Assembly: GCA_040386535.1 (NCBI GenBank)
Contig: JAZKFH010000015.1
Span: 220,800 to 284,799 of the forward strand
Length of the DNA: 64,000 bases
From: Myxococcota bacterium
GTDB lineage: Bacteria; Myxococcota_A; UBA796; SXON01
Direction: 5' to 3'
Under the pieces are notes generated by a model. That model had not been told where the DNA came from and ran no database searches. It saw only the letters and a list, made by a program, of their open reading frames with translations. The number at the start of each line of letters is the position of its first letter. The stretch's first letter is position 1. The translations under genes and the position numbers were made by a program. Below, in pieces: positions 1 to 8,124 of this stretch.

Positions 1-173
1 CCGTAGCCGAGCTGGAGGGCGGCGTAGCCGTCCTTCGAGGCCGAGGACTTGACCTGGATCACGGTGTTCGGCTGGACTTCCAGCACGGTGACCGCGGAGA
101 CGATGCCGGCATCGTCGAAGATCTGGGTCATGCCCAGCTTGCGGCCGAGGAGGCCAATCTGTTCGTTCGCCAT
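1..173 (-). CDS. rplC: 50S ribosomal protein L3, 5' part (runs off window)
   Basis: Not in the ORF track. Manual translation from ATG at 173: [57 protein letters not shown], with the L3 motifs G-x-K-x-GMTQ-x-F and DGY-x-A-x-Q-x-G. GAGG RBS upstream. Confidence 0.96.
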   Translation of the reverse strand, partial: MANEQIGLLGRKLGMTQIFDDAGIVSAVTVLEVQPNTVIQVKSSASKDGYAALQLGY

Positions 174-261
174 GAGATACCTCGCATAGGACGGACGCCG
201 GAAGCGGCGGACGTCGTACGTTCGTGAAGCCCGCCCGGAACCACTCCGGAGTGGGCCCCCG

Positions 262-290
262 CGTCTAACGTGGCGAGAGGGCGACAGCAA
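262..290 (-). promoter_or_regulatory. Putative sigma70-type promoter for rplC
   Basis: Minus strand TTGCTG-N17-TAGACG, followed by a leader containing the palindrome CCACTCCGGAGTGG. Confidence 0.45.
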
Positions 291-323
291 GGCGGGACGG
301 TGCGGATCGGCGGCCAGGGCTCG

Positions 324-1481
324 CTATCCGGACAGGCCGGCGCCCGAGAGCTCGATGACCCAGTCGTTCTGGCTCGGGTCGTTCGAGAGGATGTGCACCA
401 CGTTGGCGTCGAGCCCCGCCTGTGCGACCTCGAGACAGCTCTCGGTGGCGCTGTAGGAGATCGTGAACGAGGCGGTCGCGTAGGGCGCGAGCGTGGTCGC
501 CGACCGCCAGCCGCCGATGCTGAAGCTGCCGCACGTGGCGATGAAGTCGTTGTTGGCCACGACGCTGCTCACCGTGAGATCCTCATCGCCGAGGTTCTGG
601 ATGGTGATGGTGCGCGTGTCGGTGCTGCCGAAGAGCGAGAAGAAGTCGGTGATCGCGTAGGGGTCGGCGCCGGTGTCGACGTCGATGAGCGGGCTGCAGA
701 TGTCGCAGAGGTCGACGCCCTCGCCCTCGACGGCGATCTCGAGGTTCGGGGTGTCCGCGTCGTCCGAGCGCAGCGTGACGGTGCCGGTGAAGGTGGTCTC
801 GGCGCCGGGCGTGAACGACACCTCGAGCAGCCGGTTGGAGCCCGGGGAGAGCACCTGCGGCGGGTTCAGCGTGCCGCCCGTGGTCCACACACCGGCGCTG
901 GTCACCACGTCGCTGATGAGCAGATCGTCGTCCCCCGTGTTGCTCACGGTGAACGTGGTGGTGGTCGTGTCGTCGATGTCGACGCGGCCGAAGTCGTAGC
1001 GGGCGGGCGTGACGCTGATGTTCGGGCCGGGGCCGGTGGGTTCATCCGTGTCGGTATCGGTGTCCGTGTCCGTATCGACGTCGTCCCCACCGATGCCGGA
1101 GAGGGGGATGTCCAGGGTGTCGCCCCCGTCGACGATGATGGAGAGCACCCCATCGTAGGGGCCCTCGGTGCGCGGCGCGAAGGTCAGGGTGGCGATGGAG
1201 TCGGTCTCGACCCGCACGAACGCCGCGGAGATCTCGAACGCGTCCCCCGCGAGGCTCAGCTCGACGGGGAGGGGGGTGGTCCCCGTGTTCGTCAGCACGA
1301 GCTCGCGGTCGAGCGTCTCGCCGACGGCCACCGCGCCAAAATCGATGGCGGTGGCGTCGATCTCGAGCCCGCCGACCGTGGACGTTCCGCCTCCGCTGTC
1401 ATCCGCGGCGGCGTCCGTGCTCTGGCCGGGGAGGACATCGAGGCCGACACACGCGACGAGCAGGAGCAGGGAGGCGGTCAT
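324..1481 (-). CDS. Lipoprotein with three Ig-like choice-of-anchor-D/ASH-type domains and an Asp-Thr linker
   Basis: Lipobox LVAC. Repeated motifs 'IDFGAV..GE....L.LTNTG', 'YDFGRV....TTTFTVSNTGDDDLLIS', 'TITIQNLGDEDLTVS' and 'I.SNDP....IELSG.G'. DTDTDTDTDTD linker. Confidence 0.75.
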   Translation of the reverse strand: MTASLLLLVACVGLDVLPGQSTDAAADDSGGGTSTVGGLEIDATAIDFGAVAVGETLDRELVLTNTGTTPLPVELSLAGDAFEISAAFVRVETDSIATLTFAPRTEGPYDGVLSIIVDGGDTLDIPLSGIGGDDVDTDTDTDTDTDEPTGPGPNISVTPARYDFGRVDIDDTTTTTFTVSNTGDDDLLISDVVTSAGVWTTGGTLNPPQVLSPGSNRLLEVSFTPGAETTFTGTVTLRSDDADTPNLEIAVEGEGVDLCDICSPLIDVDTGADPYAITDFFSLFGSTDTRTITIQNLGDEDLTVSSVVANNDFIATCGSFSIGGWRSATTLAPYATASFTISYSATESCLEVAQAGLDANVVHILSNDPSQNDWVIELSGAGLSG

Positions 1482-1517
1482 GAAAGGCTCCTCGCGTCTC
1501 GGTGCGCGCGTGTCGTC

Positions 1518-2264
1518 TTAGAAGGTGTACTTGAGCGACCCCGTTCCGTTCAGCCCGAGGTCCCAACCGATACCGTACACGATGTCGACGTCCACGCCGA
1601 TCGAGAAGTGGGACAACTTCGTGTAGTACTCGAAGGTGGGCCCCGCGAAGACGATGGGCTTCGGGCTGTTGTGCAGCCCGGGGTCGCCTTGGAAGTCGCC
1701 GAGCACCTCGTCCGCGTAGGCGGCGGGCTCGATGAGGAGCGGGCTGTAGAGAACGCCGGCGCCGACGCGGGCGCCGATGCCGAAGCGGCGCACCGGGTAG
1801 AACGAGATCTCGTAGTTCGCCTGCACCGTGTAGGTGCGCAGGTCGCCTTCGGTGCAGGGCTCGGAGCCCGTGCCCAGGGTCTGGCAGCCGTACGTCGCCT
1901 GCTCGTACCAGGCCGTGCCGTTGTGCACGCCCTGGCCGATCGCGACCTCCCACGCCATCGACTGCTTCTCCGTGTCGACGAAGTCCTGGCCGACGGCCAG
2001 CGTCACGTTCGTGCCCGCGTCGACCGAGCGGGAGAAGTTGAGCAGGTAGGCGCTGACGCCCGCGGAGGCCTTGCCGTAGAAGCCGCGGTTGATCTCGCGG
2101 ATCGTGCCTGCGTCGTCCTGCGCGGCCTTGGCGGCGCGGCTCAGCTTCTTCTCCTTGGTGCTGCTTTCGTCGAGGAAGTCGCCTTCATCCTCGTCCTGCG
2201 CGAACGCGGAGGAGATGATCAGCGGCGAGGAGAGCAGGGAGGCGGAAAGCGCCAAGACCATCAT
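1518..2264 (-). CDS. gltH: GltH/CglE (NfsH)-like outer-membrane beta-barrel protein
   Basis: Signal peptide ending SAFA, alternating beta-strands, 'EINRGFY' and 'FEYYTKLSHFSIG' segments, C-terminal YTF. Follows gltG. Start moved to the ATG at 2264 behind a GGAG RBS. Confidence 0.7.
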   Translation of the reverse strand: MMVLALSASLLSSPLIISSAFAQDEDEGDFLDESSTKEKKLSRAAKAAQDDAGTIREINRGFYGKASAGVSAYLLNFSRSVDAGTNVTLAVGQDFVDTEKQSMAWEVAIGQGVHNGTAWYEQATYGCQTLGTGSEPCTEGDLRTYTVQANYEISFYPVRRFGIGARVGAGVLYSPLLIEPAAYADEVLGDFQGDPGLHNSPKPIVFAGPTFEYYTKLSHFSIGVDVDIVYGIGWDLGLNGTGSLKYTF

Positions 2265-2290
2265 CAACGACTCCGGCAGAGAGGGCCACC

Positions 2291-2299
2291 ACAGTAGCA
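2291..2299 (-). promoter_or_regulatory. Putative extended -10 element upstream of the gltH-like gene
   Basis: TGCTACTGT on the minus strand, just past a terminator. Near-identical to TGCTACAGT upstream of the first glt gene. Confidence 0.35.
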
Positions 2300-2310
2300 C
2301 GAGGCACACC

Positions 2311-2347
2311 AAAACGGAAAGCGGGCCCGGTGAGAACCGGGCCCGCT
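2311..2347 (-). terminator. Intrinsic terminator after the second gltG paralog
   Basis: AGCGGGCCCGGT-TCTC-ACCGGGCCCGCT hairpin followed by TTCCGTTTT on the minus strand. Confidence 0.8.
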
Positions 2348-2354
2348 GGGTGCG

Positions 2355-3798
2355 CTAGCCGGGGGAGAACAGGAAGGGGTACGACACGATCACGAGGCCG
2401 GCGTTCTTCGGCGCGGGGAACCCGAAGCGGAGGAAGCGCCCGTTGATGCACGACTCCACCGCCGGGTTGCCGAGGGTCGAGCTCTTGGTCACGGCCGAAG
2501 ACACGGTGCCATCACCGGCGATGGTGAATTTCACGGTGACCTTGCCGCCGAGCGCCGGGTTCTTGGTGAGCTCGCGCTGGTAGCAGTAGCGGATCTGGCT
2601 CATCCCGCGCTTCACCACCTCGTCGATCTGCGAGCGGTCGAGGCTCCCCATCACGATGGTGGTGTCCGGGGTGGAGATTCGTCCCTCGGACTTCCCGATG
2701 TCCCCCGTCGGCGCCAACCCGTGCCCGCCGGGCTTCCCGCGGCCGATGGGCCCGATGCCACCCATGGACTCCGCGGTCCCGTTCCCACCGAAGCCGATGC
2801 CGCGTTGCCCGAGGCCGTTGTTCCCGAGCTGGGTGGCGCGGGGCCCGATCATCGCGTCGATCCCCGTGGACACGTCGCCGGGGAGCCCGGCGTCACTGAG
2901 CATGGAGTCGAGCTCGGCGTTGTTCTCGAGCGCGGCGAGGAGCCCGGCGGTGCGCGCCGCGGTCTCGTCGCGGTCCTTCTTGGAGAGCGGGTCGCGGTCC
3001 TTCGCCGCCTGCGAGTCGGGCCGCCCGCGCGCGCCCTCGGGGCCCTTGGGAGCCGCCTTCGGCGCGACCTCTTGCGCCACCTGGACGGGCGGGGGCGTCT
3101 CCTTCTGCTCGAGCAGGATCTGCACGAGCCGGTCGGTGTCGGTCATGGAGGATGCGCGGGAGGTGCTCGGGAGCACCGAGAGCGCCACCCCGAGCATCAT
3201 GGCGGCAAAACCGATGAAGCCGGAGATGCCGAGGAGCGGGTAGTCGATGCCGTCGCCCCCGTAGATGGGGACGCGCTTGCTCGGGTGGACCGGGCGCGCC
3301 ACGAAGGTGGTGCCGCCCACGATCACGACGGCGCGGTCCTCCGGGCCCATGGGGAGGCGCACGAGGCCGTCCACGCCGGGGGTGACGAGGGCCGCCAGCG
3401 CGGGGAGGGAGCGGCGCCCGGCGGGGCCCTCCACGAACCCGTCCCAATCCGGCTGCACGACACACACCCAGCCGCGCCCCTCGGCCTCGAACAGCGGATG
3501 GGTGGCGGCCGCGAGCAGCGCGGTGGGGACGAAGAAGTCCTCCTGCATGTGGGTGCCACGCAGGGTGCGGACGAGGGTGGCGCCCACCTTCACCGCGCGG
3601 CCGGGCGCGAAGTGCTTGAGATCGACCACCGCGTCGCCGAACACCTGGGCCACCTCGAGCACCTTCTCCTTGCCACGATCGGCGGAGGGGTCGGCGCTGT
3701 CCGTGCCACCCAGGAGCATGTCGAGGACGTGGGTAGCCAGGGTGTCGTCCACGGGGCCGTGGCCGGCGGCGTCGGTTTGGAAGGTGGCGTCAGACATG
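2355..3798 (-). CDS. GltG paralog (AgmX/PglI-type TonB-like C-terminal domain) lacking the N-terminal FHA domain
   Basis: Aligns by eye with 4072-5934 from 'LEVAQVFGDAV.D.KHF' through the TM helix and Gly-rich linker to 'MSQIRYCYQRELTKNP.LGGK.TVKF...VSYPF.FSPG'. Start at ATG 3798 behind a GGAG RBS. Confidence 0.85.
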
Positions 3799-4007
3799 AG
3801 GACTCCAATCACCAGGGTGGTGACAGCGGCGTGGCTCCCGCAACATTTGCGAGAAGGGATTGTGGGAAGGAGACTCTTCGTCTCTCCCTGTACTGACAGC
3901 GCCCGTGGCCGCGGGTTCGTCTAGGACTCGCAATCCAAACGTCTAGGGGTTGTCAGGTCCAGCCTCGTTTGGGTGCACCACAACTTGGGACCCCGGAAAC
4001 CTGTCGC

Positions 4008-4040
4008 AAAAACGACGAACGGCGCCCGAAGGCGCCGCTC
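4008..4040 (-). terminator. Intrinsic terminator after gltG
   Basis: GAGCGGCGCC-TTCG-GGCGCCGTTC hairpin followed by GTCGTTTTT on the minus strand. Confidence 0.75.
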
Positions 4041-4071
4041 GATTGAACCTGACCGCCGTGAGGCGGGCTCG

Positions 4072-5934
4072 CTACCCGGGCGAGAAGATGAAGGGGTACG
4101 ACACGATGACGATGCCGCCGCCCTTCGGCTCGGGGAACTGGAACCGCATGAACCGGCCGTTGATGCAGGACTCGACGGCGGGGTTGTTCATCGTGGTGGT
4201 CTTGGTGGTCGCGGACGACACCGTTCCATCCTTGGCGATGACGAACTTCACCGTGATCTTGCCACCCAGCGAGGGGTTCTTGGTCAGCTCGCGCTGGTAG
4301 CAGTAGCGGATCTGGCTCATGTTGCGCTTAATGACCGCGTCGATGAGCGACTTGTCGAGCGCGCCGAGGATGATGGGGTCGCCACCGACGGTGCCGATGC
4401 CGCCGTCACCCTTGGTGCCGAAGTTGCCGCCGCCCGAGCCGTAGCCCGAGGCCCCCGACCCACGGCCCTTGGTGCCGAGCCCGCCGAGCCCTTCGGCCGT
4501 GCCGCCGCCGCCGAGCCCGGACCCACGGGCGCCGAGGCCGCCGGAGCCAATCTGCGTGCCCTTGGCGCCGATGAGGCCGCCGATGCCGCTCATCATGTCG
4601 GCGTTGAGGCCGGTGGCGCCGAGCATGCTGTCGAGCGCGGAGTCGTCGCGGAGGGCGCCGAGGACACCGGCGTTCTCGGCGACTTCCTTGTCCAGCTGCT
4701 GCTTCTGCATCTGGACCTTGTCGCCCTTCGCCTTGTCCATCTTCGCGTCTTTCTTGCCGACCTTGCCCTCTTCCTTCTTGGCCTTGGCGCCCTCGCCCGC
4801 GTCCGGGTTGTCGTCGCGCTTCTTCTCGTCCTTGATCTCTTCCTTCTTCTCGAGGAGGAGCTCGACCATGTGGTCGTCGAGGAGGTTGTTCGAGCTGTCG
4901 GGCGGCGGCGGCATGACGGCGATCGCGACGCCGAACATGAACGTCACGAACGTCATGAACGCGATGATGCCGAGGAAGGGGTAGTCGATGTCGGTGCCGA
5001 ATTTGCCGACGGCCTTCTTGCCCGGGTACGCCTGGTGGGCGACGAAGATCGTGTTCCCGAGGTCGACGACGAGGCGGGCGTCTTCCGGGATCTGCACGGT
5101 GATGGTGCTGCCCGACTTCTTCGCCTTGCCGTCGGCGACGAGCTCGGCGAACGTGCGGCGGGTCTCGCCGATGTCGACGAAGCCGGCCCACTTGTCGCTG
5201 GCGTTGCAGACCCACTGCCCGCCGAGGTTCTGGAAGAGGACGTAGTTGTCGGCCGGGAGGAACTCGACCGGGACGAAGAAGCCGTTCTTGGCCGACGCGC
5301 GCTCGTCGAGGCCGACGATGGGGAGCGTGGCCGATCCGACGACGACGCTGCCGGCGGCGCCGAAGTGCTTGATGTCGAGGACGGCATCGCCGAAGACCTG
5401 GGCCACCTCGAGGTGACGGCCGCGCGAGCGGTCGGACGCAGCGTCGGTCGCCGAGGCGCTGGCACGCATCACGAAGGCCATCACGTCTTCCGCGGGCTCG
5501 TCATCGCCCGCGAACACCTGGGCCTCGGGGGCCTCGGAGGCGGCATCCAAACCGGAGTCGGCTTGCATGGCGGGGGAGTCCACGCGGGTGGCCTCGTCAT
5601 CCGCGAACGCGGCGGAGTCGGTGATGCGGACGACGACGCGCACCGCGCCGAAGCCGAGCGTGTCCCCGTTGGAGAGCACGACGTTGCTCACCGAAGCGCC
5701 GTTCACCTGGGTGCTCTGGTCGCCCACGAGGTCGAGCAGCTGGACGGTGCCGTCTTCGTTGACGTTGAGCACGGCGTGCAGGTCCTGCAGCGAGGGGTCC
5801 TCGATGCGCAGCATCGCGGCGGGGCCCTTGCCGATGGTCACGCTCTCGGCAGAGAGCTCCTCGCGACGGAGGAACTCGCCACCATTGAAGATCTCGAAGG
5901 TGAGGACGAGCGAACCGGGGGACGAACCGGCCAT
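4072..5934 (-). CDS. gltG: GltG/NfsG: FHA domain, single TM helix, Gly-rich linker, TonB-like C-terminal domain
   Basis: FHA-like N-terminus (SVTIGKG..AMLRIEDPS....HA......LLDL....TQVNG), 'GEGAKAKKEEGKVGKK' segment, GLG repeats, 'IRYCYQREL' C-terminal domain. Located after gltD-E-F. Confidence 0.88.
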   Translation of the reverse strand: MAGSSPGSLVLTFEIFNGGEFLRREELSAESVTIGKGPAAMLRIEDPSLQDLHAVLNVNEDGTVQLLDLVGDQSTQVNGASVSNVVLSNGDTLGFGAVRVVVRITDSAAFADDEATRVDSPAMQADSGLDAASEAPEAQVFAGDDEPAEDVMAFVMRASASATDAASDRSRGRHLEVAQVFGDAVLDIKHFGAAGSVVVGSATLPIVGLDERASAKNGFFVPVEFLPADNYVLFQNLGGQWVCNASDKWAGFVDIGETRRTFAELVADGKAKKSGSTITVQIPEDARLVVDLGNTIFVAHQAYPGKKAVGKFGTDIDYPFLGIIAFMTFVTFMFGVAIAVMPPPPDSSNNLLDDHMVELLLEKKEEIKDEKKRDDNPDAGEGAKAKKEEGKVGKKDAKMDKAKGDKVQMQKQQLDKEVAENAGVLGALRDDSALDSMLGATGLNADMMSGIGGLIGAKGTQIGSGGLGARGSGLGGGGTAEGLGGLGTKGRGSGASGYGSGGGNFGTKGDGGIGTVGGDPIILGALDKSLIDAVIKRNMSQIRYCYQRELTKNPSLGGKITVKFVIAKDGTVSSATTKTTTMNNPAVESCINGRFMRFQFPEPKGGGIVIVSYPFIFSPG

Positions 5935-6043
5935 GGGAATCCCTTGTGGCCGTAGGTACGGCCCCTGAGGTTGCGCGCCCTTGTGGAGCGGGCGCTGGAC
6001 GGGGCGGGAGCCCCGTGAGTGGGATGCGAAGGCTGCCTGGAGG

Positions 6044-6322
6044 CTACTTCACTTCGTCGACGGATTGCTCCATCTCGGCGTTGAAGTCCTCACGCAGCTT
6101 GATGAGGGGGTTGAAGCTCGCCTTCTTGCGGTCGAGCACGAGCGCGCTGGACGGCTTCACGAGCTCGCCGTTCACGTCGAGACCTTCGAAGTCGATCTCG
6201 GTCTTCTGCTTGTAGGAGACCTTGCGGCCCTCGGCTTCTTCTTCCTGCGCGAAGGCGGCGCCGGAGAAGACGCCCGCGAAGGCGCTGACGAGGACGAGGC
6301 GAGAGAGGAGAGTACGAGTCAT
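6044..6322 (-). CDS. gltF: GltF/CglF (NfsF) small periplasmic protein, 92 aa
   Basis: Signal peptide ending AFA, then 'YKQKTEIDFEGLDVNGELVKP....LDRKKASFNPLIKLREDFNAEM', which I recognise as the GltF pattern. Start moved to ATG 6322. Confidence 0.85.
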   Translation of the reverse strand: MTRTLLSRLVLVSAFAGVFSGAAFAQEEEAEGRKVSYKQKTEIDFEGLDVNGELVKPSSALVLDRKKASFNPLIKLREDFNAEMEQSVDEVK

Positions 6323-6402
6323 GGAAGGCTCCCGATGAGGTTGCGAAGCCGGACGAGGGCTGGGGCGCTGCGGGCACATTCTCGCGTGCCCGGAAGCATA
6401 GG

Positions 6403-6432
6403 ACAATAGGACGTTGCCGGGGTTCCGGTCAA
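6403..6432 (-). promoter_or_regulatory. Putative sigma70-type promoter for gltF-gltG
   Basis: TTGACC-N18-TATTGT on the minus strand, downstream of the gltE terminator. Confidence 0.5.
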
Positions 6433-6578
6433 ACTTCTGTCTAGCGGATGTTCCTCTGCCGCTCGCATGGAACCGTGGTGGACCCCGGAACACGGGCATC
6501 AACCCGAAACCATTGGGTGAAGTGGCGAACGGCTGTCATCGGCGTCTCCCGGGCGGCGCGGGCGAGGGGAGGGGAACC

Positions 6579-6620
6579 AAAAACCGAAAGCCCCGCTGCG
6601 AGCATGCTCGCGGCGGGGCC
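6579..6620 (-). terminator. Intrinsic terminator after gltE
   Basis: GCCCCGCCGCGAGC-AT-GCTCGCAGCGGGGC hairpin followed by TTTCGGTTTTT on the minus strand. Confidence 0.8.
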
Positions 6621-6639
6621 TGTCGGTCACGGTCCGGGG

Positions 6640-8115
6640 CTACTGGGGCGCGGGGGCCGGGGGAGCCTCGGGAGCGGGCGCAGGAGCCGTGCCAGCGCCC
6701 GCGGGAGTGCCGTCGGCGGGGGGCGTGGCGCCCTCGGCGGGAGCCGGCGCGGCAGTGCCGCACTCGGCCTTGGCGACTTCGAGCTGGGCGATCGAGTCCG
6801 TCACGAAGGTCTCCATGTCGCCCACCATGCCGAGATCCTTCTCGGTGATGACCGGCTCGGCCTGCTCGATGACCATCTGCGCCATCTGGCCGGCTTCCGT
6901 GGCGAGGAGGCACTCGTTCTTGAGATCGGCCTTCATCTTCGCGATGTCGTCCGCCATCTTCTTGAGCTGCTTCTCCTGCCGGTCCTTGCGCTCGTCGGCG
7001 ATCCGCTTCTCTTCGGCTTCCTTGGCCTTGCGCGCGCGCTCGATCTCGCGGTCCTTCTCGACCGACGCGAGCCAGACGAAGAACTCGTCGTTCGGGGACA
7101 ACGTGGCCCCCGAGCCCTTCTGGAAGTCCTCGAGGACCTTCTTCGCCTTGTCGAAGTTCTTCGTGTACTTCTGGTACAGCATCGTCGCGTTGTAGGCGAG
7201 GACGCGGTTGCCCGGGTCCTTCGCGAGCAACGTGTCGTAGATCTTCGTGGCGGCGTCGTAGTCCTGCACGCCACGGAGCGAGATGGCGTAGCCCATCTGC
7301 GCGTCGGCGTTGCCGGGGTACTGCTTGACCACGGCCTCGAAGCAGGTCTTAGCGAGCACGTAGTCACCCGAGTCCAGGGCGATGTAGCCGAGGTTCAGGT
7401 TCGCCTGCATGTTGCCGGGGTCGACCTTGATCGCGGTCTTGAACTCCTCGATCGCGGCGGCCTCGTTGCCCTTCTGCAGCTGGATGACGCCCATGTTGTT
7501 GTAGATGCCGGGGTCGGCGTCGTTCAACGTCTTGGCCTTCTGCGCGCAGAGCAGGCTCATCTCGAAGTTGCCCTGCGCGTAGTAGGCGCTGGACAGGTTC
7601 CGGTAGGCGCCGACGTTCTTCGGATCACGCGCCAGGATCTCCTGGGCTTGCGCGATCGACTCGTCGTACAGCTTGGCGTTCGTCAACACGTCGACCAGGT
7701 TGGCGCGCGCCTGCAGGTCGGTCGGGTTCTTCTCGATGAAGCCCTTGTAGAGCTCGATCGCCTCGGGGCTCTTGCCGGTCTGACCGAGCACGAGGCCGAG
7801 GTTGAAGAGCGCCGAGTTGTATGTCGGCTGCAGCTCGAGAGCCTTGCGGTAGTAGGACTCGGCCTTCGCGAGGTCACCGGTGCGCTCGGCACAGTAGCCC
7901 GCGTTGTACCAGGCCTTGGCGAACGCCGGATCCGCCGTGGTGGCGGCCTCGAACTTGGCCTGAGCCGCCGCGTAGTCGACCGACGTGGCCTTGAGCAGGG
8001 CCACACCTTCGGTGAAGGCCTGCTTGGGGTTTACGGTCTGCTCCGTCGGGTCGGTCACGACAGTCTTCGGACCGCAGCCCGCGGCGAGGAGGACAATGAT
8101 GGGGAGGATGCGCAT
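6640..8115 (-). CDS. gltE: GltE/NfsE-like TPR lipoprotein
   Basis: Lipobox LAAGC, many TPRs (AWYNAG, ALFNLG, AYRNLS, IYNNMG, ANLNLG), coiled coil, Pro/Ala tail. Sits between gltD and gltF. Confidence 0.8.
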   Translation of the reverse strand: MRILPIIVLLAAGCGPKTVVTDPTEQTVNPKQAFTEGVALLKATSVDYAAAQAKFEAATTADPAFAKAWYNAGYCAERTGDLAKAESYYRKALELQPTYNSALFNLGLVLGQTGKSPEAIELYKGFIEKNPTDLQARANLVDVLTNAKLYDESIAQAQEILARDPKNVGAYRNLSSAYYAQGNFEMSLLCAQKAKTLNDADPGIYNNMGVIQLQKGNEAAAIEEFKTAIKVDPGNMQANLNLGYIALDSGDYVLAKTCFEAVVKQYPGNADAQMGYAISLRGVQDYDAATKIYDTLLAKDPGNRVLAYNATMLYQKYTKNFDKAKKVLEDFQKGSGATLSPNDEFFVWLASVEKDREIERARKAKEAEEKRIADERKDRQEKQLKKMADDIAKMKADLKNECLLATEAGQMAQMVIEQAEPVITEKDLGMVGDMETFVTDSIAQLEVAKAECGTAAPAPAEGATPPADGTPAGAGTAPAPAPEAPPAPAPQ

Positions 8116-8124
8116 CGTGTTCTC

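Noticed and set aside
3799..4007. c-di-GMP/c-GAMP (GEMM) riboswitch upstream of the gltG paralog
   Set aside because: The conserved GEMM pattern (GGCAAAC...GAAA...GACGCAAAGC) is not present. Only generic hairpins are seen.
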